From positions 17,112,001 through 17,176,000 of the forward strand of contig JBHGNT010000013.1 of assembly GCA_043228905.1 (NCBI GenBank): DNA of 64,000 nt, in the 5' to 3' direction. The stretch comes from Azolla caroliniana. Lineage: Eukaryota > Plantae > Polypodiophyta. The first letter of the stretch is position 1. The number at the start of each line of letters is the position of its first letter. A program made the position numbers and the translations under genes. Positions 34,001-44,820 of this stretch are shown here, in pieces. The notes beneath the pieces are model-generated. The model ran no database searches, had not been told where the DNA came from, and saw only the letters and a list, made by a program, of their open reading frames with translations.

Positions 34001-36391
34001 GAGCGACAGTACTCCGCGAACTGCCCCCGGTATTCCCCTCCGTTATCCGCTCGTATCGCTTTCAGCTTCTTGCCGGATTCTCTTTCCACTCTCGCGTGGA
34101 GTTCTTTGAAGACGGACAACACTTGGTCCTTTGTCTTCAACGATGCCGTCCACAGCTTCCGGCTGTGATCATCAATGAATGTTACGAAGTACTGGGCTCC
34201 GCCATGTGACTTCGTTTCTACCTGACACACATCAGTGTGTACCAACTCCAATGGTACACTACGTCTCGTCGGTGGCCTTGAGTGGAAGGAGGCTCGGTTC
34301 TGCTTACCGGCCAGGCAATCGGTGCACTTCTCCAGGTGCACGTGCTTCACTGGAATAAGGTTGTCTTCTGCAAGCCTCTTCATCCCCTTCTCACTCATGT
34401 GGCACAGTCTCTTGTGCCACAGCTCACCGGCAGTGTCGGCTGCCACGTTCAACTCCTCTGGACACAACCGGGCATTCATCAGGTACAGTGTGTTGACCTT
34501 CCGGGCCCGAGCCACTATCAGGCTCCCCTTGCTGAACTTCATTACGCCGTTCCGGATGCTACCTGTGTAGCCTTCATCGTCTAGCCTCCCGGCCGAAATC
34601 AGGTTCAATCGAACCTCCGGAACGTGTCGGACATCCTTCAGCAGCATTTTGCATCCGGTCGGGGTTGTCAACCACACGTCTCCTATGCCGGCAATCCGGC
34701 ACGTACCTTCATTTCCCATCCGAACACAGCCATGTTCACCGGCTGTGTAGGATGAGAAGTATCTTCTCTCCGGGGTCAGGTGGAACGATGCTCCGGAATC
34801 GACCACCCAGGTCGTCTCATCGCCGGCAATGTTTAGTTCACCTTCTTCGGTGATGAGCATGATCTCCTCTTCACTTGCCGCGAGTGCCGTCGTTCCTTTC
34901 CGGTCCTGCCCTCGCCGATCCGAACCATTCCGGTCCGTGGCTCCCCGGTAAGCCCCGTTTCGTTCCGAAGACTTCTTCGAGTCGGTGTCGTCGGCTCCGT
35001 TGTCTTTTCGGTAATGCCGACAATTCTTTCGGAAGTGCCCCGGATTCCCACAGTGGAAGCATGTGGGCCTTCCTCTTGACTGCAACCGGGTCCCCGACTT
35101 CTCCCGTCTTTGCGGACTCCGGTTCCGTTGTCTTCCCCGATCCGATTCGGTAAACAACATCTTCGGATCGGAGGCCGGTTCTTTATCTCTCCGATGCGCT
35201 TCTTCGTTCAAAATACTTGTCTTTACCGTTTGTAGGGACAAGTTATCTTCGGTGCAGGAGGTGCTGAGAGTCACCACCAAGTTCTCCCAGCTTTCCGGCA
35301 ATGTACACATCAGGATGATGGCTTGCATTGCATCCTCCAACGGGAACTTGATCGCCGCAAGCTGGTTCACGAATCCCATGAACGTGCTTACGTGTTCCAC
35401 CATACTCTCGCCGTCCCGGTACTTGAGGTTCACTATCTTCCTCATTAGGGAGGTCCGGTTCAACGCATTCTTCCTCTCGTAGAGGCCCGACAGCTTCCGC
35501 CACATCTCATATGCGTTGGTGTCGTTCGCCACATGTTGTAGAACGCTCACGTCGACATATTGCCGAATGGTTGCAACGGCTTTCCGGTTCAGAAGCCTCC
35601 ATTCCGACTCAAGTACCCCCTTCGGTATTTCCGACCTGTCAATCGGTTCGTACAGGTCCCGAACAATCAGAAGATCCTCCATCTTGATCTTCCAGTCGGC
35701 GTAATTCTGTGCATTCAGCACCATCATCCCCGGCTGCCCGCTGCCGCCGCCTTCCATTTTCTGCAGCAGCCCGCTCTGATACCAAATTGATGGAAAATCA
35801 ATCGACACTTTCCAAACTTCACCTCTCGGCCACAACCAAGGAAACACACAAATCGTTGTTGCAGAAAATGGGAAATGCAAGAAATAGAGTGGACACACTA
35901 TTTAACGTGGAAACCCCTGTACGGGAAAAACCACGGGAGTACAAGACTCCAAACCAAAACTATGCACAGAGAAATATACAATGGCGAGCTGCAAGGCGAC
36001 GACCTTGAGCTCGCTGTCTTCGCCATAGGCGGCGGAAATACACAGAGGCGTCGACCTCTTCCTCTCTCACGCTCTATCTCTCTCGCGGCTGCTCTCTCTT
36101 CACTCCTCTTGAGTGGAAAAACAGAAAAATGATAAGCAACATCAAAACTGTTTGCCCTAAGTCATATTTATACACATATGACTTTGGGGCTATTTACAAC
36201 TATAGCCTCAAGGGCCCTTGGCAAACATATTCACAGATATGTCCCCGCATCCGGATCTCGCTCCGGGTACATTCGTCATCCGGCTCCGAAGCCGGGGTCT
36301 TCATCATCCGGTTCCGAAACCGAAACCGGGCTTGTCGGCATTCGTCTCCGATATCCGACCATTCCATCCGAAAGGGACAGTAATCCCAACA
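31070..36391 (-). mobile_element. Copia-B, intact Ty1/copia element (Tork/Tnt1-like)
   Basis: 604-bp LTRs 31070-31673 and 35788-36391 (about 6 differences by eye) with TSD TTCTC. PBS TGGTATCAGAGC (rc 35773-35784) and PPT AGGGGGAGTT. Confidence 0.97.
31684..35757 (-). CDS. Copia-B Gag-Pol polyprotein, 1357 aa, uninterrupted
   Basis: First ATG after the PBS (MEGGGSG). CFHCGNPGHFRKNC, WVVDSGAS, DNGGEY, YKARIVVKG, YVDD, STTEAEY. Confidence 0.96.
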   Translation of the reverse strand: MEGGGSGQPGMMVLNAQNYADWKIKMEDLLIVRDLYEPIDRSEIPKGVLESEWRLLNRKAVATIRQYVDVSVLQHVANDTNAYEMWRKLSGLYERKNALNRTSLMRKIVNLKYRDGESMVEHVSTFMGFVNQLAAIKFPLEDAMQAIILMCTLPESWENLVVTLSTSCTEDNLSLQTVKTSILNEEAHRRDKEPASDPKMLFTESDRGRQRNRSPQRREKSGTRLQSRGRPTCFHCGNPGHFRKNCRHYRKDNGADDTDSKKSSERNGAYRGATDRNGSDRRGQDRKGTTALAASEEEIMLITEEGELNIAGDETTWVVDSGASFHLTPERRYFSSYTAGEHGCVRMGNEGTCRIAGIGDVWLTTPTGCKMLLKDVRHVPEVRLNLISAGRLDDEGYTGSIRNGVMKFSKGSLIVARARKVNTLYLMNARLCPEELNVAADTAGELWHKRLCHMSEKGMKRLAEDNLIPVKHVHLEKCTDCLAGKQNRASFHSRPPTRRSVPLELVHTDVCQVETKSHGGAQYFVTFIDDHSRKLWTASLKTKDQVLSVFKELHARVERESGKKLKAIRADNGGEYRGQFAEYCRSKGIRLEFTVPKTPELNGLAERMNQTIMERVRSMLAHAELPKGFWAEAMSTATYVINRSPSVPLDGDTSQRVWTGREVSYRHLKVFGCLAYVHVAKDRRGKLDPKTRPCIFLGYGDDEFGYRVWDPVDKKIFRSRDIIFMENKTLTDWESEKKMKSSKSTGEDQLYEEQSRPARDWLALEDPAEDGEETEPAEEDENDTGTGPDPEMDSDEEESEEPVTEAPERRYPLRERRPPRRFPEPEHVLLTDEGEPESFEEAKHDTQSCRWLSAMQDEMDSLHENHTYELVELPKGKRALRNKWVFKLKPGDAGNPPRYKARIVVKGFQQKKGVDFDEIFAPVVKMTSIRTVLSITASMDLEVEQMDVKTAFLHGDLEEEIYMQQPEGFEKKGKEHLVCRLKKSLYGLKQAPRQWYRKFDSFMTDEGYLKTQSDHCVFVKKFEGGDFLILLLYVDDMLIVGRDQVKIRMLKKALHRTFSMKDLGPARQILGMHIIRDRSKKQLWLSQEKYVTKVLKRFNMSEARPVGSTLPANCKLSNKQSPKTKAEKEDMMKVPYASAVGSLMYAMVCTRPDIGYAVGVVSRYMNNPGKEHWNATKWILRYLKGTTNVCLRFGSSKPELDGFTDSDMSADADTSRSTSGYVMTYAGGAVSWQSRLQKTVALSTTEAEYMAAVEAGKEIIWMKDFIRELGIRQEEYRLYCDSQSAIHLAKNAAYHSRTKHIQRRYHWIRERIEDKEFVLTKVHTDENGSDMLTKVLTPDKLEACRKRIGLERHPMPK

Positions 36392-37648
36392 TTCTCTTCG
36401 ACCGGGTCACTCCACCCGGTTACCTCCCGGACCCGTCTTTCCGCGCGGTCCGCTTCCTATTTCCTTATCCGTACGCCGGCTAGGCCTTCTAGCATCAACG
36501 GCCAGAACCCGGAGTCCTTCGTTTTCCAGACTTCATCACTCCCGACCCGGATTCCCGCCGACGCCGAGTAGTGGGTGGTTTCCGCGTGGCGAGCCCCCGC
36601 TTCCTCCATCAACCGTTTCATCCCCCCTCGTCCGATGTTCAGATCCAGGGCCCTCCAGGTTTCGCTAGCGTGTACCCGCCCGTTCCACAGGTACACCACG
36701 TTGGCCCTTATCGCTTCGGTGAAGTCCCCGCAGTCCTTTCAGGCATGGCCGATCACGTCGCACCACAAGCACTGATGCCCAGCCGGAGGCCTTCGGTCAC
36801 GGGCTTGTTCGTCGTCGTCCCTCCCTGCCTGTGCAATCTGGAGGTCCCTCACCATCTGAGTCAGCACCTCCAGAGCCGCTCCTCCGGACGGGCCTTTGAC
36901 CACGCTGGTCGAAGTCAAGCCGGTCTCGAGCCAGTCTTGGGTCTCCTCCCTTCGCGCCGGTGGGGGTACCTCGAGCTTCCTTGCCGCAACAAAGCCCGCC
37001 CCCGATGAGCCTTTATCAACCCACTCATGTCGTTTGTCGAAACGGCCGCAGACTCTCTTCACCACGGACCAGTCGGCCGTTAGCTCGTCATCGATCTCCA
37101 GCAAGAGGCCCACTTGCTCCCAGTCCCACACGTCCACGAATTTAACAAATAATAGGACACGACTTGTGTCCAGTACAGTCCGATCCAGCATCGAAAGACG
37201 CACGAAGCGTTCTTCAAACTCTCGGAGGAGCACCGACGCTTTTCTCCCCTTTTTGGGGGTCTCCACCCATTCCATGAAGCCTCGCTTCGATAGTCGAAGC
37301 GCGTCATCAAGCCCGTATTTCTCAAGAAGCCGACCTTCAAACTCTTCCCAGGTTCGGTTGTCAGCCCGTACCTCGAGCACCTCCGCATGGATGCCCGGCA
37401 TCGCCACCTGAGGGAATCCGGCCAGTCGCCTGTCTTCCGAAATGTCCCTCATCACCATTTCGGCTCGATAGGCCTCCAAGTAGCTCATGGCGTCCTTTCC
37501 ACCGAACCGGCCTATCGTGCCGACGATTGCTTCAATAGCCCTATCGAGAGCGCTTGTGCCTTCACGTGCACTCACTAATCGATCTACACATGAAGTCATG
37601 GCTTCTGCAAGCTTCGTTCCCCTCATCTTTTCTATTCCTCTACCGCCT

Positions 37649-37667
37649 ATTCACGTCGAGTTCACCA
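37649..37667 (-). promoter_or_regulatory. PBS, tRNA-Trp-type, Gypsy-2
   Basis: TGGTGAACTCGACGTGAAT lies 4 nt after the LTR and matches the recalled plant tRNA-Trp 3' end with one mismatch. Confidence 0.75.
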
Positions 37668-37671
37668 GATA

Positions 37672-38346
37672 TGTCGCGTGGTTACGCGCGTGCGTATAGA
37701 ACAAGACGGGACTACGGGTTTCTTGGACCGAGGAATAACCGATCAGGAGTGGGAGCAATAAAGACAACGGTTGTGCTTCCACACACACACACAGATACAC
37801 AGAAACTGCAACCGAATGAAACAACGGAAACGAGATGAATGCGTATATGTATATATATATTCTGATGAAAAAGGGGTTACAACCGGCAGGCTGGTGAGCG
37901 ACAAATCTCCTACGCCTACACACACGCACACAGAAGAGCGAGATGGAGACTCTGCAGGAATCACTCGGGCGTTCCGCGGAGCAGAGTCAGCCTCCCGAAA
38001 ACCTGCACAGAGCAAAATACAGAGAAATACGGAGGAGAGGAGCTCGGTCCCAGTCTGACAGCACTTCGTCCTTGACAAAAGTGATCCCCTTTACGATTCC
38101 TCTCCCTCTCTTTTATAGCCCAAGTAGGGAGGCCGTTACAACTTGTTACATCATCTTTATTCTCTGTCCTTTCGGACAGAGATATGCCTCGATTTCCAAC
38201 CTATCAAATACGTGCGACCTAGGATATTCACATCAGCCGACTTGTACCTAAATATGTACATTACAACAAAACTTGTGCCCGCGTGTAAGGGCCGGTTCGC
38301 GCACATCATTCTCCGATTCCGCCTAGGGACGGTTTTCTCCACAACA
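37672..38346 (-). repeat. Gypsy-2 5' LTR
   Basis: Homologous to 5799-6475; PBS adjacent. Confidence 0.93.
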
Positions 38347-38349
38347 ACG

Positions 38350-38645
38350 TGTTACCCGTAAGAATATACGGGGAGGCATAATGGGTGGAACATGATAATG
38401 TGGTTGGTGTGTATATGTAATGTGTATGAGTGTGTGAGGATGAGTATGTGTACAACAGTGAGAGAGTGGGTCAGTAATGTAACTCCCTGCTTCTCTAGTT
38501 CTTTTGTAACGGTTACCTCATGTACTATATAAACCCCTTATGGGGCATGTAATGAACATAGCTTTTTTCCATCTCATTTTGGTGTTTCTTTATTTGTTTT
38601 TCTTTATGTTGATGGGTGGGGGGCTTCATCCCCCAACCATCAACA
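38350..38645 (+). mobile_element. Short solo-LTR-like insertion in Gypsy-1 pol
   Basis: TGTTAC..CATCAACA termini; internal homology to LTR 45468-46173. TSD is imperfect (TAACG/TACTG). Confidence 0.7.
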
Positions 38646-38700
38646 TACTGCATGTACCGTGGAATCTCAAACCAATTCCAGTACCGAGGGCCTACATCCC
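38646..38700 (+). mobile_element. Gypsy-1 pol continuation (truncated)
   Basis: Encodes HVPWNLKPIPVPRAYIP, which follows VIFTVT in the Gypsy-2 homolog. Confidence 0.85.
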
Positions 38701-39593
38701 GTGTAGCGGGCATAGGGGTGGTATGGCAATGTATGAAGCTCTGGATCTTCCGGTAGGGCTAGGAAAGGGTTGAGCTCCGGTTGTGGTGAGACTTCTGGAG
38801 GACTTGGAGGGGTAGCAAGGTTAGGACCGATCTGCGACTGTGTGTCCGGGATCACTGGGGGCGAATATTGCGATTCCGGGGATGAGTGTTGTGTGAGCAC
38901 AGAATCAGTCATGTCCTTGACAGGCTCTGTGTGGCGGGGCGGCGGCCGAGAGCGAGTAACTATGTTTGGCGTCGTAATGGCGAATGGGATGACCACCAAC
39001 GTGAGTTCGCTGTGCTGCAGAGCGTGAACCGGGCGTGCCAAATTGTGTTGTCTTCCTTCCTGGAGGCGACATCTTCAATTTCCTAGCCAAAATCGAACCA
39101 AAGAGTTGTGGTACATGGTGGTCAAGGCGATACCAGAAAACAAGATTTCAAATACGTTACGTAAGGGAGGTCTCTTGCTAGAGAGTGTTTCACCACTTCA
39201 ATTTCATAACAGACAGCAATCACATAACACCAACACAACAAATAGACCCAAAACTATATGTATTACGAGTAGGTAATGAATACAGTTACACGGCTCATGG
39301 TCGGAATTAACAGCGAAGTGATAGTATGACCTAGACCCTTTGAATCCCGTAATCATGGGTTATAGTTCCCTTCTTCCCTTTGCTCTCGCCCCCCTTGTCT
39401 CGTTCTCCTGTTCTTCTTTTTATAGCTTTTCCCTTCCTCTTTGCTTCGGCACGCTTTGCTTCTTCCCATTCTTGGCTGCGAATTATGCGGTTGTCTTCGT
39501 TCATTATGGTTGTTCGTAATTACAGTTGTTCACCTACTTGGACCTACTTCCTCTAACATTTCTTTGAATTACCATTTTGGCCCATGGACAACA
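38701..39593 (-). mobile_element. 5' fragment of a Gypsy element: LTR 39046-39593, tRNA-Arg-type PBS and start of the internal region
   Basis: TGTTGTC..GACAACA terminal inverted repeat. PBS TGGCACGCCCGGT (rc 39028-39040) is identical to the Gypsy-4 PBS. Confidence 0.72.
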
Positions 39594-40134
39594 GTACTAA
39601 AACGACTTCGAGAACGTGGTCTTTATGCAAAGCTGGAAAAATGTAGTTTCGGGTGCAACCAGGTGGAATTTCTGGGCTATGTCATATCCTCGGAAGGAAT
39701 CTCCATGGATCCAGCTAAGGTCAAAATGGTGGTAGAGTGGCAGACTCCACGTTCATTGCGAGATGTGCACTGCTTTTTAGGCTTTGCCAATTTCTACCGC
39801 AAGTTTATACAGGATTACTCAAAGCTTGTTCTACCTCTCACACAGATTACCAGGAAGGGACAATCATTCATTTGTTCTGAAGATGCATACATGGCTTTTG
39901 AGAGTCTTAAGAAGGCATATACATCAGCTCCTATTCTAGCTCATGGTGATTCGGAAAAACCATTCATCATTGAGGCAGACGCATCGGATTTCGCCTTGGG
40001 TAGCATTCTGTCACAACAAGGCAATGATGAAAAGCTACATCCTGTGGCTTTCCACTCACGCAAGTTTGACACCGCCAAAATCAACTATGAAATTCATGAG
40101 AAGGAGCTATTAGCAATAGTGGACTCTTTTATGT

Positions 40135-40856
40135 TGTCGTAGTGTAGTCTGCACACTACGTGAAAAATGTAAAAATAATATATCCGATTTAAGTACATAT
40201 ATATAAATAAAAGAAAATATTAAAATATTTATTACATGCATAGGGCAAGATTTGAACCCTATACCTCCATGTAAATAAACTAGAATTTTACCATTGTATT
40301 AACTTATCATAAATATTATAAATATAGATTTAATAGATATAACACTTTTATTTATGCCTACCATTAAAAGGTAAATCATGCATTTTTAGAGTGCATGAAT
40401 ACTTTATTTACAGGAAAAATATAAACCAATAAAAAAAAATACTCGTGCACATGTAGCGTGCATGAGCACGATATTTAGGAAATAAAAACATAGTGGAAAA
40501 AGCAACTCATGCACATTTAGTGTGCATGAACACTTTAGAAAAAGAAGGAAGCTATGCTTAGTCTCTCCCATCCTTATATAAGGAGGAGGGAAAGATGTAT
40601 ATGGTTGTTGATTATTTTGTAAGGATTGACCAATATAATATATTCGTGGGATTCACAAATTTGTCGTCTAAATTGTCTCTTACTATCAAAATATTGATTA
40701 AATACACTAAACTCGTGGGATTCACGAGATTCATAACTTACCTCTCTTTCTACCTATTCATTACTAGCCTCATCTCATATTCTTCTTTCTCCTAGTCCAA
40801 AACCTCAGTGGTTCCCACCCGACTCACGCAAGGATCCGGAGCCGAAAGGCATGACA
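40135..40856 (+). mobile_element. AT-rich solo LTR inserted in the chromovirus RNase H
   Basis: TGTCGT..ATGACA termini; splits AIVDSF|QWRHFL. U5 motif shared with Gypsy-1/2-type LTRs. TSD is degenerate (ATGT/ACAC), so the boundaries could be 40132-40859. Confidence 0.7.
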
Positions 40857-42947
40857 ACACAATGGAGGCATTTTCTAGAGGGATCTTCTCATCAAGTCAC
40901 CGTATTCAGTGATCACAAAAACCTTGCCTACTTGTAGAATGCTCGTGTGTTAAATCGACGTCAAGCTCGGTGGACCCAATTCCTCACTCATTTCGACTTC
41001 AAAATTACATATCGTCCGGGAAAGCAACAAGGGAAGGCCGATGCATTATCACGGCGCTCGTATCTAGCACCGCGTCCCGGCGAGCCAACTTTTGATAACC
41101 AAAAGCAAGTAATCCTGGGACCGGCACGACTGCAAGCAACACGGTCTTCGGTATGCCATTAGATTCCCACATTATCGATACCATACGTGAGGACTTGAAG
41201 ACAGATGCTTTTGCCCAAGCCATTCTAGCACAAATTGATCCCTCTAGAGCATCTTGTTCACAGTCGCAACAACCAAGTATGGACTATCGACAATTCGAAT
41301 GTCGTGATGGATTACTATTCTTTAAAAGACTCTTGTATGTTCCTAATGGTTCTTATCGCCTTCGAGTAGTCCAAAATTGTCATGACACATATACAGCTAG
41401 GCATTTTGGTAGTACTAAAACATTAGATTTAGTACAACGATCATTTTGGTGGCCCTGCCCCATATGCGACGATTTGTCAAAGATTTTGTTCGGACTTGTG
41501 ATACATGTTGCAGAGCAAAAATGCCAAGGAATCATCCATATGGTTTATTAGAACCATTACCAATTCCAAGAAAGTCGTGGCAATCCATTGCTCTAGATTT
41601 CATCACAAATCTTCCAATTTCTAAGGGATTCAATGCGATCTTAACCATAGTAGATCGATATACGAAGATGGCCAATTTCCGGCCATGTACTAAGGAAATC
41701 TCCAGTGAAGAAACCACTGAAATTGTCATGCGTGAGGTATGTCGGCATCATGACCTCCCCAATAGTATCATCAACGACCGTGGACCCCAGTTCGTCTCGA
41801 AATTCTGGAAGCACCTCTTCAAAATGCTCAAGGTCACTTGTAACCTCTCCTCCGGCTACCACCAACAAACAGACGGCCAACCAAAAGGAACAAATCAAAC
41901 GCTGGAGCAATATGTTCGGTGCTTTCTAAGCTATCATCAAGATGATTGGGCGGATATTCTCCACTTCGCCGAATTTGCGTATAATAACTCTGTCCACTCA
42001 TCGACAAAGGTTACACCATTTTATGCTTACACAAGATGTCACCCCCAGTGGTGTGTATTTGAAACCCCATAGTTACCCACAAATCCTTCTGCAAAGGATC
42101 GTTTGGAGCGGCTACGCAAGATACAAGCGGATTTATCTACTCATCTACAGCAAGCTCAACAAACACACAAGGTTTACGCGGATCGTCATCGGCTTCCATC
42201 CAGTTTTAACATTGGAGATCGGATATGGCTACTACGATGACACATCAAGACTACTCTCCCATGTGAGAAGTTGGATTATCTACGATTAGGTCCTTTCCGT
42301 ATTATCGAAAAGATTAATGATGTCGTTTTTCGTCTCGATCTACCTCCGCAACTACGGATACATCCAGTGTTTAATAGTTCTCTCCTAAAACCCTATCATG
42401 ACAACACCATCCCAGGTCATATTAAACCACCTCCATCCCTGATCGAACTTGAAGATGGACTTGAGTACAAGGTTGTCGCCATCCTCGATTCCAAGGTTGT
42501 TCGCAACCAGCTCTACTATTTAGTTGATTGGCTAGGATATAATCCCAACGAGCGTACTTGGGAACCAATAGAGAATGTGACCAATGCTCGTGCTCTTCTT
42601 GAAGACTTCCATCGTCAATATCCAGACAAACCGGAACATTTTAAAGGGGGGATATTGTCATGATATGGCAAAATTCGAACCCATGACCTTATGTTACATG
42701 GGCCGAGTTCTTGACCATTAGATTATATATTGTAATACGAAAGATATTATTTTCCTTTAACTTTTACTATAGAAAATTGATGTATATTCCAGATTTCTCT
42801 GGAACATTCTAGAAACTTTAGGAGTACTCCTGAGAATACTATAAAAGGAGGCACAAGGCATTATTTCGAACCAAATCGGTTCAACGCCAGTCTTAAGCCT
42901 CCTAGCCATCCTTGTATATTCTTTCACATAATATATCATTGTCATCA

Positions 42948-42952
<5 letters not shown>

Positions 42953-42992
<40 letters not shown>
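42953..42992 (+). repeat. (CT)20 microsatellite
   Basis: Direct reading. Confidence 0.95.
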
Positions 42993-43000
<8 letters not shown>

Positions 43001-44725
43001 TGGTAAGAGAGCTTATGGACAAGCTGGCTTTCAGAAACACCATAGCACCATTGATCAGCTTATCACCCTTTGAGTATTAATGGAGGAAGGTCGCCTTAGA
43101 GATAAAGGTTTATATTTTTGCATTGTAGACTTCAAGAAAGCTTTTGATATGGTACCTTGTGAGCATCTTTGGAGGAGAATGGAAGAACTTGAGGTGCCAA
43201 GTGAATATATGCTTGCAATTTCCCGAATTTATGAGAAGGTTATATGTTGTGTACACATGAGAGATAAACTTTCAGATTTTTTCAAAAGCACTATTGGTGT
43301 TAAGCAAGGATGCCCACTCTCACCAACACTATTTGGTCTATGCATTGATGAATTGGAAGAAATGGTTACCAAGTTTGCAAAGGAAGAATGTGTTGAAGAA
43401 GTTGCCATTGGGAATGTTATGATTATGCTTTAGCTATATGCAAATGATGTAGTGCTTTTTGCAAATACTTTAGGAGATGCACAAAAGCTTATGAAGGCAT
43501 TGGAAAAAATTTGCATGCATACTAAATTGAGTGTCAATAGCTCTAAAACAAAGATTATGCTTGTGAAAAGCCAAAAAAGAGATAAACCATGCATTATGTA
43601 CAACAATGAGCCACTTGAATGTGTGGAAAGCTTCAAATATCTTGGCCTTGAAGTTCCTTCAAATCATAGATGGAATGAATGTGTTACACACCGCTTAGAG
43701 GCGGGTAAGCAAGCATACTGTGCATTTGAGAACACGTGCAATCTTGGAGATATTAAGTGTTAGGTCCTCAAGAAATATCTTTTCGACACTTTGGTGACAC
43801 TGGTTCTTCTCTATGGGGTGGAAGTATGGGGCGGTATCCCTAAATCTATGTGGAAAGAGTTTGAAAATGTCCAAAAACATTTTCTTACAATGTTTCTACA
43901 AGTTAAGAAACAAACGCCCTACACCCTCCTCCTCCTTGAGACGGGATCGCTTCCCATTGAGATCATGGCCATGGAAAGGGTTGTTGAATACATGCTTAAG
44001 GTTCAAAAAAGTCCCTCACATCGACTTCCTAGAATTGCGTGGGAAGCAAGCAAAAAGATCCAAAAGACGCATAAAAGCAAAATTTTATGTTCCGGTTGGA
44101 TGCAAGATATAGAAAATTGGTTTGGTAGATGGGATGTGAGACACTTGCTTCATGATGCATCATTAGATTCCTCTGTAAATGAGGCCTTTTTGCAACGCCA
44201 ATGTATCATGACATGGGACAAATGTGGAGGCTTGCGCTTCACACATTATACTACACATGTTGCACCTAACTACAAAACCATATTCTTTGCGGAACGGGGA
44301 AATCGTACACATCCATACATTTTAGAGCCCATACCGTTATCTGCCATTCGAGCCATTGCTTCCATGCGACTTAGCTCACATGCATTGCGATGTGAAACAG
44401 GGCGTTGGGGCACAAGTGATGAGAGTGGTCAGCTATGCACACTTTGCCCTAAACAAGTTCGCGAGTCTGGATATCACACTTTGATACAATGCTCTGCCTT
44501 TGATCATATTTGACCATGCTTCCCACATCTCTTCTACCGAGCCCAATCTTTGCATGAATTCCTCTCACAACCACATTGTGCACTCTCGATTGCAACATTC
44601 ATTAGTAAAGTTCTTGAACGTCGAGAGTCACTACTCACTTTCACACGTATCACGTGAAATGTAATATTTTTGGTCTCATAGGTCATATTTTGACCTCCGA
44701 AGATGATAATATAATCTATCTATCT
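42993..44725 (+). mobile_element. 5'-truncated non-LTR retrotransposon (RTE/RTEX-like LINE)
   Basis: QAGFR, VDFKKAFD, GVKQGCPLSPTLF, YAND (YADD), FKYLG, C-terminal CxxC..H..C motif and an (ATCT)n tail. Confidence 0.88.
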
Positions 44726-44820
44726 CTCAAGTGTTCTACACCCTCTTTTCCTCTTGGTACTAATATTCATCTCTTAGTACTAATTTCCTCTCTGTCTCAA
44801 TACTATTTCTGATAGATATA

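Larger units (their letters stand above)
5799..38346 (-). mobile_element. Gypsy-2, full-length degenerate Ty3/gypsy element hosting nested insertions
   Basis: LTR pair 5799-6475 / 37672-38346 with 4-bp TSD ACGT (5795-5798 / 38347-38350). tRNA-Trp-type PBS and a PPT (GGTGGGGGCGGA, rc of 6476-6487). Minus-strand domains: gag 36739-37626, PR 30302-30574, RT ~13990-14940, RH 13161-13934, INT 12809-13186 and 6549-7293. Confidence 0.92.
39594..44820 (+). mobile_element. Degenerate chromovirus (RT-RH-INT-chromodomain, PPT, 3' LTR from 42656), interrupted by a solo LTR and a LINE
   Basis: KLEKCSF, ADASDFALG, IALDFITNLP, RLGPFRI, YYLVDWLGY..TWEP. PPT AAAGGGGGGA precedes TGTCA at 42656. The right end is approximate. 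Confidence 0.88.

Noticed and set aside
35758-35898. 47-aa N-terminal extension of the 1404-aa ORF
   Set aside because: It runs through the LTR and PBS from a non-ATG start; the real start is probably 35757.
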